64,000 nt of DNA. Origin: Acutalibacteraceae bacterium (GTDB taxonomy: Bacteria > Bacillota > Clostridia > Oscillospirales > Acutalibacteraceae). Location of the stretch: contig JAZSPR010000050.1 in the NCBI GenBank assembly GCA_045537555.1, forward strand, positions 5,010 through 69,009. Direction: 5' to 3'. Shown here piece by piece: positions 8,801 to 18,331 of this stretch. The position numbers and the translations under genes are program-made. The notes below the pieces were generated by a model. That model did not search any database. It saw nothing but the letters and a program-made list of their open reading frames with translations, and was not told the DNA's origin. How positions within the stretch are numbered: position 1 is the first letter of the stretch; each line of letters starts with the position of its first letter.

Positions 8801-10123
8801 TTAATGTCTGCTTTTTTTAACAAGGTCAAGAAGAATCTTTTTTTCATTCTTTTCCGGGTGTTTTATAACAGTTTCAACAAGAAAATTGAGTGTGTCGCCG
8901 ATATCGTTTGCAGGGATGAGTTTTTTCAGGTCGTTCCCGTCAACTGCAAGCTGTTTTATTGAATAAGGCTCGTCGTTGTTCATTATTTCATCAAATGTGG
9001 AGTAAGCAAAAACAAGCTTGTCGGCAATATCTCTGTAACCCTTTGAAAGACCCGATTTATCTGCACGGCGGATTTTCATAAGCCTTATGAAATTTTTTTC
9101 GCCGAGCTCTCTGATGTATTCTTTTACCTGAATACGTGTTTCGGGCACTTCCTTATCGTGAATTGAAACAAGGTATGACACGGTATTTATATATTCTTTG
9201 CTGAATTTCAGTCTTCTTAAAATGTTTTCGGCAATAACACCGCCGACAGCGGCATGGTTTTTAAATGTTGAATTGCCGTTTTCGTCAATTGCGTGTGTTG
9301 CGATTTTGCCCGTATCGTGAAGGAGCATTGTTAGTCTTAAAACGGGGTTGGCTTCAATATTGTTAACGGTGTGGACGGTGTGCACCCATACGTCGTATGC
9401 ATGTTTTTTTCCGTACTGCTTGAAATCGAATTCAAGTCTTAATTCGGGAATGAATACTCCGATTACACTCCTGAATTTTGTAAGAACTTCAAAAACATTT
9501 TCACCGCACAAGAGCTTCATGAGTTCCTTTGTAAGTCTTTCGGCGGCAATTGCACCGAGAAGATTTTCATTCTTTATTATTGATTCAGCTGTTGCTTCTT
9601 CTATGTTGAAACCGAGAACCGATGAAAAACGGACAGCTCTCATGATTCTCAGTCCGTCTTCATTGAATCTTTTATCGGGTTCGCCTACACAACGGATGAT
9701 TTTATTTTCAATGTCGTCTCTGCCGCGGAACGGGTCAATAATGCCGTCTTCGTGGTTATAAGCCATGGCATTTATAGTGAAATCACGTCTTGCGAGGTCA
9801 TCTTCGATATTGCTTGTGAATGAAACCGAATCGGGATGTCTGTTGTCTGAGTATTCACCGTCAATTCTGAATGTTGTTACTTCAACGGGTGTTTTTCCCG
9901 ATACAACAAGCACGGTTCCGTGGTCAATGCCCGTGTCAACCGTTCTGAATGACGCAAAAATCTTTTTGAGTTCTTTCGGTGATGCATCTGTTGTAACATC
10001 CCAGTCATCGGGTTCTCTGCCCATGAGTGAATCACGCACACAACCGCCCACAACATAAGCTTTGTGGCCGTTTGCGGAAAGAATATTTATAACATTTTCT
10101 ACGTCGTTCGGTATTGTTATCAT
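8801..10123 (-). CDS. cca: CCA-adding tRNA nucleotidyltransferase with HD domain
   Basis: 440 aa. It has [23 protein letters not shown] (polymerase beta-type head), [10 protein letters not shown] and an HD region (LLHDTGK). Confidence 0.85.
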   Translation of the reverse strand: MITIPNDVENVINILSANGHKAYVVGGCVRDSLMGREPDDWDVTTDASPKELKKIFASFRTVDTGIDHGTVLVVSGKTPVEVTTFRIDGEYSDNRHPDSVSFTSNIEDDLARRDFTINAMAYNHEDGIIDPFRGRDDIENKIIRCVGEPDKRFNEDGLRIMRAVRFSSVLGFNIEEATAESIIKNENLLGAIAAERLTKELMKLLCGENVFEVLTKFRSVIGVFIPELRLEFDFKQYGKKHAYDVWVHTVHTVNNIEANPVLRLTMLLHDTGKIATHAIDENGNSTFKNHAAVGGVIAENILRRLKFSKEYINTVSYLVSIHDKEVPETRIQVKEYIRELGEKNFIRLMKIRRADKSGLSKGYRDIADKLVFAYSTFDEIMNNDEPYSIKQLAVDGNDLKKLIPANDIGDTLNFLVETVIKHPEKNEKKILLDLVKKSRH

Positions 10124-10160
10124 ATTGATTGACTCCTGTGGTATTTTTTTGGTAATTTAC

Positions 10161-10189
10161 TTGAATTATCTGATATTTTGTGTTAGAAT
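10161..10189 (+). promoter_or_regulatory. Putative sigma-A promoter of nrdR
   Basis: TTGAAT (10161-10166), a 17-nt spacer, then TAGAAT (10184-10189) preceded by TGt (extended -10). Confidence 0.45.
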
Positions 10190-10223
10190 AAAAACACAAC
10201 ACAAAATACAGCAGGTGATTAAT

Positions 10224-10685
10224 GTGAAATGTCCGTTTTGCGGTTATGAAGAAAGCAAAGTTATCGATTCCCGTCCTACAGACGAGGGTGAAAAAATCAG
10301 AAGACGCCGTGAATGTCTGCAGTGCCAGAAAAGATTCACAACATATGAAATCATTGAAACATTGCCCATCGTTGTAGTTAAGAAAGATAAGTCAAGGCAG
10401 GTTTTTGACCGCACAAAGCTTATAGGCGGTATGCTCAGAGCATGTGAAAAGCGTCCCGTGCCTCTTGAAGTTATTGAACACGCCGTTGATGACATTGAAG
10501 CTCAGCTTCAGAATTCAATTGACAGGGAAGTTACTTCAATCAAAATCGGTGAACTTGCAATGGACAAACTCAAGAATATTGATGAGGTTGCGTATGTCCG
10601 TTTTGCATCTGTTTACAGACAGTTCCGTGATATCAACTCATTCATGGATGAACTCGGAAGACTTCTCGGAAGTAAAAACATCTGA
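10224..10685 (+). CDS. nrdR: Transcriptional repressor NrdR
   Basis: The track ORF (10062-10685) has a hydrophobic N-terminal extension that overlaps the cca start. The real protein begins at GTG 10224 after AGGTGA. It reads (M)[41 protein letters not shown] (zinc ribbon) plus an ATP-cone. Confidence 0.9.
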   Translation: MKCPFCGYEESKVIDSRPTDEGEKIRRRRECLQCQKRFTTYEIIETLPIVVVKKDKSRQVFDRTKLIGGMLRACEKRPVPLEVIEHAVDDIEAQLQNSIDREVTSIKIGELAMDKLKNIDEVAYVRFASVYRQFRDINSFMDELGRLLGSKNI

Positions 10686-10712
10686 TATCTTACAGCATGA
10701 TCTGATTTCAGG

Positions 10713-11765
10713 TCATGCTTTTTCTTTTGGCAACTTTATAATGAATGTGGTACCTTTGCCGAGCTGACTTTTTACACTTATTTTTCCGCCGCAGAGTGTT
10801 ACAACTCTTTTTGCAAGGGGAAGACCGAGTCCGTTTCCGTTGAGCTTGTGTGATGCATCGCCCTGATAGAACTTATCGAAAATGTGTTTCTGAGTTTTGT
10901 CATCCATTCCGATGCCGTTATCGGTTATCCTGACGGTTGTATAAGAATCGTCAGAATAGCATTTTATTTTTATTATTCCGTTTTCGGGAGTGAATTTTAC
11001 AGCATTGCTGAGAATATTCTGCCACACGTGAGAGAGCATTTCTTCATTTGAAAAATATCTGACTTCGGAGAGCTCGAGGTCAAATTCTATGTTTTTTCTG
11101 CTCCATTCCTTTTCAAGCAGGAGGATACATTTTCTAATCTGTTCATCAAGATAGAAATGAGTTTTTCCCGTAACCATCTGCTGATTTTCAAATTTTGTTA
11201 AAAGCAGAATGTTTGATGACATTGAAGCGAGTCTGTCTGATTCATTTACGATTATGCTTATATATTCTTTTTTCTGCTCTTCGCTGAGTTCGTCGTTCTG
11301 AAGCTGTTTTGCAAAACCTTTGATTGATACGATTGGCGTTTTGAATTCATGAGAGAAGTTGTTTATGAAGTCATTACGGAACATTTCCGTGCTGCCGAGT
11401 TCTTCTGTCATTGAATTGAAGCCTTTTACAAGGTCTGTGATGATAGTGTCGCTTTTCGGCGGTGTGACACGTGCGGAGAAATCACCGTTTGCAACTTTTT
11501 TCTGAGATTTTATAATTCCGTCAAGAGGCTTGAAGAAGTGCCTTGTTACAAAAAGAGAAACACCCGTGCCGATGATTGTACTTGAAATAAATGCAATAAA
11601 CGTAAGCGAGACGGGAGCCAGCTGAATGAAAAGCTGAGGAAACAGTCTTCTTATCAGCAGGATTGTAAGCATTGTTGCTCCGCTTGATGAGAAAAGAATC
11701 AGGAAGAAAACTACCGTAATGATGATGTGAAATGCCCAGTCTCGTCTGAACAGATTCTTAAACAT
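10713..11765 (-). CDS. Sensor histidine kinase (two TM, HAMP, HisKA, HATPase_c)
   Basis: H-box FINNFSHEFKTPI, N-box LSNAVKFTP, G-boxes DNGIGM and GNGLGL. Confidence 0.85.
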   Translation of the reverse strand: MFKNLFRRDWAFHIIITVVFFLILFSSSGATMLTILLIRRLFPQLFIQLAPVSLTFIAFISSTIIGTGVSLFVTRHFFKPLDGIIKSQKKVANGDFSARVTPPKSDTIITDLVKGFNSMTEELGSTEMFRNDFINNFSHEFKTPIVSIKGFAKQLQNDELSEEQKKEYISIIVNESDRLASMSSNILLLTKFENQQMVTGKTHFYLDEQIRKCILLLEKEWSRKNIEFDLELSEVRYFSNEEMLSHVWQNILSNAVKFTPENGIIKIKCYSDDSYTTVRITDNGIGMDDKTQKHIFDKFYQGDASHKLNGNGLGLPLAKRVVTLCGGKISVKSQLGKGTTFIIKLPKEKA

Positions 11766-11776
11766 ATTTTTTCTCC

Positions 11777-12442
11777 TTAAACGGCTTTATAGCCGAGTCC
11801 TCTTATTGTGACTATGCTGAAATCGGGATTATTTTTGAATTTGTCACGCAGTCTGTTTATATGAACGTCAACGGTTCTTTCGTCCGTGTCAGAATCCATA
11901 TCCCAGATTTCATCCATAAGCTGACGTCTTGTGAAAATTTTATCTTTATATGAAAGAAGCTGAAAGAGAAGCATAAACTCTTTCTGAGGCAGTTCAACGG
12001 TGCCTTCGGGAGTTGTAACGGATAATGAATCGTGATTGAGGACGGTGGAGCCGATTGTGATTTTTCTTTCGCTTGCAATTTTTGAACGTCTGAGAAGTGC
12101 CGCAATGCGAAGGAGCATTTCTTCTTCGTCAACGGGTTTGACCATATAATCATCCGTTCCCGCAAGGAAGCCTTCTTTTTTGTCCATATGAGATTCTTTT
12201 GCCGTAACCATAAGTATAGGTGTTTCCCAGCCGCATCCACGAAGAGTTCTTGTAAACTCAAAACCGTTCATTTTCGGCATCATAACATCAAGAATAATCA
12301 GGTCAACGTGAATCCTGTCCATAATTTCAAGCCCTTCTTCACCGTCACATGCACAGACGGTGTCATATCCGTTCTGCATAAGAACGGTGCTTGTGAGCTT
12401 TCTTGTGTTCTCGTTGTCATCAACAATCATTATTTTCAGCAT
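11777..12442 (-). CDS. OmpR-family response regulator
   Basis: The track ORF extends to 12475. The likely start is MLKIMIVDD at 12442. It has a receiver domain (DLIILDVMMP, TAK) and a winged-helix output (TVDVHINRLRDKF, IVTIRGLGY). Confidence 0.9.
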   Translation of the reverse strand: MLKIMIVDDNENTRKLTSTVLMQNGYDTVCACDGEEGLEIMDRIHVDLIILDVMMPKMNGFEFTRTLRGCGWETPILMVTAKESHMDKKEGFLAGTDDYMVKPVDEEEMLLRIAALLRRSKIASERKITIGSTVLNHDSLSVTTPEGTVELPQKEFMLLFQLLSYKDKIFTRRQLMDEIWDMDSDTDERTVDVHINRLRDKFKNNPDFSIVTIRGLGYKAV

Positions 12443-12515
12443 CTTAAGCCACCTCATTATATTATTATATAACATAATTCTTCACAGTACAACAGTATTT
12501 AATAAAATAATTAAT

Positions 12516-12697
12516 AAACAATAATTTGTCGGGCTCTTTCAAATTCGCAATTTGAAATGCTCAATTCGCAATTTCGGAAGTCCTTCGGGCTTGAATTATA
12601 TAAATGGGTCAAAGGGCGAAGCCCTTTCCGCAATTGAGCATTGCGCATTGAGAATTGAGAATTTTTGTCGAACTTCAGTTCGACAAATTCTGATTTA
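12516..12697 (-). repeat. Structured intergenic repeat, copy B (ATTCGCAATT-word arms)
   Basis: It starts AAACAATAATTTGTCGGGC. Word arms are present, and the core is TCGGAAGTCC-TTC-GGGCTT..TATATAAATGGGTCAAAGGGC-GAA-GCCCTTTCC. It ends TTTGTCGAAC-TTCA-GTTCGACAAATTCTGATTTA. It is the reverse complement of the copy C layout. Confidence 0.8.
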
Positions 12698-12833
12698 TTA
12701 AACAAAAAGGACGTCTTTGGGAGACACTTCAAAAAGAAGATTCTCCCAATTTTTTTTACATTAAAAATGACACTTTCGGTTTGAAAGTGTCATAGTGGGT
12801 TACATGCTTAAAAAATCAACCTATCTCAAAAAT

Positions 12834-13067
12834 AAGTGATCTTGTGAGACAGGTCTCACAGTGATATTTTGCCTTACGGCAAAGTGATATTAAAACCTTT
12901 GGTTTTAGTTATATTATATTCGCCCTAAAACTCGCGATGCGAATATAACTTGGGCGAAGCCCAAATACAACTGCGTAGCAATATAACTCGCCAAAGGCGA
13001 ATATAACTGAGGCACACTTCCTTACGGAGTGTGCCTCTTCCGGGCGTCCTTCGTTTATTCTGATTTA
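12834..13067 (-). repeat. Divergent member of the repeat family, copy B2 (word + mini-hairpin arrays)
   Basis: AGTGATATT / AGTTATATT words alternate with AATATAACT words. Between them sit tiny hairpins: TTGCC-TTAC-GGCAA, AAACC-TTTG-GTTT, TGGGC-GAA-GCCCA, CGCC-AAA-GGCG and GAGGCACACT..AGTGTGCCTC. It ends in ..TTCTGATTTA, which contains the GH38 stop codon. Confidence 0.55.
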
Positions 13068-16019
13068 TTCTTTTACGAATCTTACATTCACAAGCTCGAA
13101 GCCGTGGAGGTTGAGTGCTGAATCTGTTTTTTCTGAAATCTTTTCTTCCATGATATTTACTGTTTCAGCCATTTTGTAACCCTTGATTGAAACTGTTGCA
13201 GTCTGTTCTGAATCTGAACAGTTGTAGAAACGGGCAATGAGTCCGTTGCCGTCTTCGGGAGCCTTGATTGTTTCAAGAATGATGTTGTCGTTGTCTGATT
13301 TGTAGCAGGTGCCTTCACCGTTTCCGCCGTTGCCTTCTGTGATAACAAGAGGATTGTTGACGAAATATGCTCTCTTGTATGTCTCCTTGCCGACTTTTCC
13401 AGCGTGAGGCATAACAGCCCAGTTGACTTCGTGATGTCCCTGGTCAACAATCTTGCCGGGGCCGCCTTCGGGTGAACGGATAAGGTCGAGGTCGATTACA
13501 CCGAACTTGCAACGGTAACCGTACTTGGAATCATTGATGAATGAAAGACCCATATTGTCTTCTGAAAGGTCAACGAACTTCTGAGCTGAAACTTCAAACT
13601 GAGCAAGCTCCCATGAATCGTTTTCAGTTACTTTTCTCTTGAGGTGACCGAACTGTATGTTGAAGGATGCTTCATCAGTTGCAACGTTTGTGGGAAGAGC
13701 CATACGGAGCATTGAAACTGTGTCATTCATTTCGATTTCCATTTTACCGTAGAGAGTGTTGTCGCCGTCAAGAACCCAGTAGGTCTGAGTGATTTCCGTA
13801 TTCTTGATTTTATATGTTGCCTTTGCACTTGCCTTTGCACCGTCTGTGTCTGTTTCAAAAGCGATACATACAGCATCTTTCTTTGTGTTGATGTAGTCTG
13901 CTCTGCAGTCTGTCATATCCCAGCAGTCGCCGTAATCATCGTACATTGAGAATACGAAGCCCTTTGAATCTGCAGGCATGAATTCACGACCGAGTGCCTT
14001 GTCGAAAATTGATGATACATAGCCGTCCTTGAACTGAACTTTTATCTTGTCATTTTCGATTGTGTGATAGTCTGAATATGCCTTGAACTCGGTTGTTTTG
14101 TCCTTGATTTCGGTTGCACCGAAAGCGGGGACTGAAACATCATACCATGTCTTGCCAAGCTTTATCTTTGTATCATAATCGAATGCGTTGAGGTTGACAG
14201 CTGAATTCTTCTTGTAGAGTGAATTGAGGAGGTCCTGAGTTGCATATGTGAGCTTGTTGTGCATTGCCTTGTAACGGGGCACGCATTCCTCGTAAACTCT
14301 GTTGATTGATGAACCGGGAAGGATATCGTGGAACTGATAAAGAAGAACTTCTTTCCACATTTCGTCGATTTCTTCCTTTGAAATGGGAAGAGCAAAACCT
14401 GCATCCTTTGCCATTTGAGCAACTATTTCATAGTTACGAAGGGCAAATTCACATTTTCTGTTATATTTCTTGTTGTCACTTCTTGTTGTGTATGTACCCT
14501 GATGTCTTTCAAGGTAAAGCTCGCCTTCATAAGTGGGATAGGGTGTTACACCGTCGTCAAAATCATTGAAGAAGTCCATAGCCTTAGCAAATTTAACCTT
14601 AGGCATGCTTCGGAGGCTTTCAAATCTTCTTCCTCTTTCGATATGCTCAAAACCGGGACCTGCACCGCCGTCACCGATACCGTAAAGCATCATTGCCTTG
14701 TTTGAAATGGGTCTTTCAATATATCTCTTTTCACCTTTTGTCATGTGACCTGCATAACAGGGTGAGTTGTATGTGTTTTCAGGCAGCATATGAGCGAGAA
14801 TTGTTGAGCCGTCAAGGCCTTTCCAGTAGAATGAATGATAGGGGAAGTCGTTATAAATGCTCCAGCTCATTTTCTGAGTGAGGAAATAGGGAACATCGGC
14901 AAGCTTCATAACCTGAGGTACACATGCTGAGTAACCGAAGCTGTCGGGAACCCAGAAAATCTTCATATCAAGACCGAATTCATCACGGTAGAACTTCTTG
15001 CCGTAGAAGAACTGACGGACAAGGCTTTCGGGCCCTATAAGGTTTGAATCGGGCTCAACCCATGTTGCACCCTGAACATCCCATTTGCCTTCTGCAACAA
15101 GGTCTTTTACCTTTGCATAAACCTTGGGATATCTGTCCTTGACCCATGAATAAAGCTGTGCCTGAGAAGCACCGAAAACGTAACCGGGATACATTTCGGT
15201 GTTCATAATCTGAGTTGAGAATGTTCTGCCGCCCTTACGGTAGCTTTCTCTGATGGGCCAGAGCCATGCAAGGTCAAGATGCGCATGACCGACTGCGTAA
15301 TATGTGAAATCTGATTCTGATTTCTGTGAAAGGATAGGTTCAAGCACCTTTCTCTTTTCTGCAGCCTCTGCATCTGTCAGATAGTCACATTTGATTGCAT
15401 TTAAAGCAGTTTTTATCTCTGCCTTGAATTCCTCGTCATCGCCGTAATCAAGAACACCTAAAAGAACATGCACATCATATGCAAGGTCACGCATGTTTGC
15501 ATTTTTCTTTGCGGCATAAAGCTCGTGGAAACGTGATTCTCTTCTGCTGTTGCCGAAAAGGTCGTTTGCCGCGCCGTCAATCCAGAAATCGAAATATTCA
15601 CCGTTAAGAAGAGCATCTGTAACGGGAATGATTCTCTTCATCGGTTCGCCGAGACTTCTGTCTGAATCTGATGAAACGCAGGTGATTGCCTGAATTTCAT
15701 TGCCGAAGCGGTCATATACAAGACCTTCACCGCCGCAGTCAACGATAACTGTGTCACAGCCTTCGGGTCTCTTGCCTGTGATGTGGAACCATGCGCAGTC
15801 AAATACATTTTCGCACCATTTGCCGCCGATTTTAACGGTGAATTTGTCACCCTTATAACGGTCTTCAAAGCTTAAGGGTTCAAGTGAATAATAACCCGTG
15901 CCGTCAAGCGGAGAAATAATACGGTATGCTAAGTCGAAAAGCAGGTCTGAGAAATTCTCAAAGCTCTGTCTTTCGGGACAATCAAATTTTTGTTTGAAAT
16001 TAAAAGTCATCTGTTTCAC
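13065..16019 (-). CDS. GH38 alpha-mannosidase (cytoplasmic, no signal peptide)
   Basis: 984 aa. It has YAVGHAHLDLAWLWP, WVPDSFGYS, ERHQGTYT and LLYQFHDILPGSS, all hallmark GH38 blocks. Confidence 0.9.
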   Translation of the reverse strand: MKQMTFNFKQKFDCPERQSFENFSDLLFDLAYRIISPLDGTGYYSLEPLSFEDRYKGDKFTVKIGGKWCENVFDCAWFHITGKRPEGCDTVIVDCGGEGLVYDRFGNEIQAITCVSSDSDRSLGEPMKRIIPVTDALLNGEYFDFWIDGAANDLFGNSRRESRFHELYAAKKNANMRDLAYDVHVLLGVLDYGDDEEFKAEIKTALNAIKCDYLTDAEAAEKRKVLEPILSQKSESDFTYYAVGHAHLDLAWLWPIRESYRKGGRTFSTQIMNTEMYPGYVFGASQAQLYSWVKDRYPKVYAKVKDLVAEGKWDVQGATWVEPDSNLIGPESLVRQFFYGKKFYRDEFGLDMKIFWVPDSFGYSACVPQVMKLADVPYFLTQKMSWSIYNDFPYHSFYWKGLDGSTILAHMLPENTYNSPCYAGHMTKGEKRYIERPISNKAMMLYGIGDGGAGPGFEHIERGRRFESLRSMPKVKFAKAMDFFNDFDDGVTPYPTYEGELYLERHQGTYTTRSDNKKYNRKCEFALRNYEIVAQMAKDAGFALPISKEEIDEMWKEVLLYQFHDILPGSSINRVYEECVPRYKAMHNKLTYATQDLLNSLYKKNSAVNLNAFDYDTKIKLGKTWYDVSVPAFGATEIKDKTTEFKAYSDYHTIENDKIKVQFKDGYVSSIFDKALGREFMPADSKGFVFSMYDDYGDCWDMTDCRADYINTKKDAVCIAFETDTDGAKASAKATYKIKNTEITQTYWVLDGDNTLYGKMEIEMNDTVSMLRMALPTNVATDEASFNIQFGHLKRKVTENDSWELAQFEVSAQKFVDLSEDNMGLSFINDSKYGYRCKFGVIDLDLIRSPEGGPGKIVDQGHHEVNWAVMPHAGKVGKETYKRAYFVNNPLVITEGNGGNGEGTCYKSDNDNIILETIKAPEDGNGLIARFYNCSDSEQTATVSIKGYKMAETVNIMEEKISEKTDSALNLHGFELVNVRFVKE

Positions 16020-16141
16020 CTCAAGGTTATATTTTAATTCTATTATAATAAAAATGATAACATTGTCAATAAAATATTTGAAATATTTGTATAAGTTTTA
16101 CATAAAAAGGGAAAGATATAGTGAATTAATAACCCGAAAGG

Positions 16142-16585
16142 ATGAAAACAATGATTGAACAGGATACAATTAAACTTCTTCGTGAATGTGATGCAGGTGT
16201 TAAAATGGGTACGGCATCAATTGACGATGTTATTGAGTATGTTGATTCCGATATTCTCAGAAAATATCTCAGCGAATGCAAGATTGAACACGAAAAGCTT
16301 AATACTGAAATTCAGTCTCAGCTTGACAAATTCCACGATGAAGGCAAGGACCCGAATCCCATGGCAAATGCTATGTCATGGATAAAGACAAACGTAAAAC
16401 TTGCGATGAAGGAATCCGATCACACAATTGCAGACCTTATGACAGACGGATGCAATATGGGTGTAAAATCACTCAATATGTATCTCAATAAGTACAAAGC
16501 CGCCGATGAAGTTTCAAAAGACATCTGCAAAAGACTTATCAATCTTGAAGAGAAGCTTGCAATTGATATCAGAGGTTTTCTTTAA
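16142..16585 (+). CDS. Hypothetical cytoplasmic all-helical protein
   Basis: 147-aa ORF in a clean intergenic context, with a terminator downstream. The alternative start ATG 16151 has better spacing from AAAGGA. I recognise no motif. Confidence 0.5.
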   Translation: MKTMIEQDTIKLLRECDAGVKMGTASIDDVIEYVDSDILRKYLSECKIEHEKLNTEIQSQLDKFHDEGKDPNPMANAMSWIKTNVKLAMKESDHTIADLMTDGCNMGVKSLNMYLNKYKAADEVSKDICKRLINLEEKLAIDIRGFL

Positions 16586-16590
16586 ACAAA

Positions 16591-16625
16591 AAACTCACAG
16601 ATTTTCGTCTGTGAGTTTCTTTATT
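16591..16625. terminator. Bidirectional terminator between the 16142 ORF (+) and the M28 peptidase gene (-)
   Basis: AAACTCACAGA-loop-TCTGTGAGTTT, flanked by an A-run upstream and a T-rich tail downstream. Confidence 0.7.
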
Positions 16626-16634
16626 GTATAAATA

Positions 16635-17963
16635 TTATTCAGCTTTTTCGTCTTTTTTTACTTCAACGTCTTCGTCAGCAAACTTAAGTATTGTTGACAT
16701 GATGATGTCGTAGCTTGCTTCAATTGCTTCGGGAACAAGTCTGTCGTAGCTGTCACGTCTGTTGTGATAGTAATCAGCAGGAGAGGGGTCCATAGCTGCA
16801 AGACAAGTTGCTGTGATACCTGCCTGAGTAAATGCTGCAGCGTCTGATGAACCGAAGAATACGTTTGCAAATTCAAGGTCATCGTGACCTGCTTCAATTG
16901 CGGCATCCATAACAAGCTGACAGAATTCGGGGTCGTGCTTTACTGTGCCTGTCATATCTCTTGAATAAACATTGAGATATTCACGGTCACAGAGAGTGTC
17001 AACGCAGAGAACTGCTGTTTCAACACCTGATTCCATATATTCTTTGTAATGATCCTTTGCGAACTGCTTTGCACCGCGAAGACCTGCTTCTTCACCGTCT
17101 GTAATCATAGCAACAACTTCAGTGTTCTTGAAGTTGATTCCTGCTTCGTCAAGCATCTTGAGAGCTGTTGCGGCTGCAAGTGTACCTGTAAGGTTATCGT
17201 TTGCACCGGGAACAAGGTTTTTGAAGTTAACGAATGCAAAGAGAGTGAGCATATTGAGGATTGTGAAGAAGTGGAACGGATATGAATATTTATCCATAAA
17301 CTTTGTGAATTTTGAGTTGTTTCCTGATGCTGTAAGAACAGCAGTAACCGAACTTGCAACAGCAGAAACAATACCTGAAACGATTGAGCCTGCCATAACG
17401 GGAGTCATATACTTAGCCTTGCCGTAGTATGTGTGACGCCATTCATATGCAGAGTCAATATGACCGTTGATAACGATTCTCTTCTTTGTTTCTTCTGTAG
17501 CCTTTCTTGTAGCAATAAGGTTCTTACCTGTAATCTTCTTGTAAAGAGGCTCACAGAATTCTTTGTAAAGAAGGAATTCCATAGCTGTTACGGTAAGACC
17601 TGCAATAGCTGTTGTACCTACAATAGCATGAGGAAGTGCTTTGCAGTTTGCAAGCTTTCCGAGTTTGCCGAGCTTTTCGGGTTTTACATATTTAATCACA
17701 CCGCCTGCGGCAATTGCTGCAATGATTGATGCGCTGACTGACTTTGTGAAGTGAAGGAATGCCTTGGGAGCCATCTTGTATTCTTCATAATGTGTTTCGT
17801 CACAGTATTTTTCAAGGTCCTTACGGAGCATTTCCTGAGCTTCAAAACATTCTTTACTGCCCGGCTCTCTTCCGCCGACTTTTTTGATTATTTCGGTGAT
17901 TTTTTCAACTGAATAATCAACATTATCTTTGATGATTTTTTTATCAAAATCCGCAAATTTCAT
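16635..17963 (-). CDS. M28-family metallopeptidase with internal membrane segments
   Basis: 442 aa. It has NDNLTGTLAAATALKML and ITDGEEAGLRGAKQF (M28 zinc-ligand blocks), hydrophobic stretches near aa 75-125 and 190-245, and a GGAG RBS. Confidence 0.7.
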   Translation of the reverse strand: MKFADFDKKIIKDNVDYSVEKITEIIKKVGGREPGSKECFEAQEMLRKDLEKYCDETHYEEYKMAPKAFLHFTKSVSASIIAAIAAGGVIKYVKPEKLGKLGKLANCKALPHAIVGTTAIAGLTVTAMEFLLYKEFCEPLYKKITGKNLIATRKATEETKKRIVINGHIDSAYEWRHTYYGKAKYMTPVMAGSIVSGIVSAVASSVTAVLTASGNNSKFTKFMDKYSYPFHFFTILNMLTLFAFVNFKNLVPGANDNLTGTLAAATALKMLDEAGINFKNTEVVAMITDGEEAGLRGAKQFAKDHYKEYMESGVETAVLCVDTLCDREYLNVYSRDMTGTVKHDPEFCQLVMDAAIEAGHDDLEFANVFFGSSDAAAFTQAGITATCLAAMDPSPADYYHNRRDSYDRLVPEAIEASYDIIMSTILKFADEDVEVKKDEKAE

Positions 17964-18236
17964 TCTTTGGTCTCCTTGTTAGTTAATATCAATTTAATAA
18001 TATAGTAACATTTTTCTCCCGTCAAGGTGAATTCAGAATGTTTTATGTTATATTCATTGCAAATTCATAATTTGTTAATATAAAATTATAAAAATCCACA
18101 CAAGTTTGTTTTTTGTGATTGCGGAAATATTTTGCTTGCATTCGGGCACAGTCCGATAAATTCTGATTTGTGCAAATTTTACATTATAATTAATATATTT
18201 TTTACAACAAAATCAAAAGAAAATAATATTCTTATA

Positions 18237-18265
18237 TTGAAATTGTTGACATTTTATGCTATACT
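18237..18265 (+). promoter_or_regulatory. Putative sigma-A promoter of the 1841-aa surface protein gene
   Basis: TTGAAA (18237-18242), a 17-nt spacer, then TATACT (18260-18265) preceded by TGc. The upstream region is AT-rich. Confidence 0.45.
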
Positions 18266-18331
18266 TTTAGTGAATAATTATGGGCTTTTATATGCAAATA
18301 ACTCAGAAAGCCTATTAAGGGAGGAAATTAT

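Noticed and set aside
9348-10058. 137-aa and 97-aa plus-strand ORFs
   Set aside because: They are antisense to cca. The Ser/Pro-rich composition is typical of shadow frames.
10062-10223. N-terminal 54-aa hydrophobic extension of the NrdR ORF
   Set aside because: It overlaps the cca start and the nrdR promoter. NrdR proteins begin at the zinc ribbon (KCPFCG), which here follows GTG 10224 with an AGGTGA RBS.
12511-12732. 73-aa ORF; likewise 36721-37056 (111 aa) and 59726-59939 (two ~62-aa ORFs)
   Set aside because: They lie within the structured intergenic repeats. Their sequences differ between repeat copies, and they lack RBS and start context. I treat them as chance ORFs in repeat DNA.
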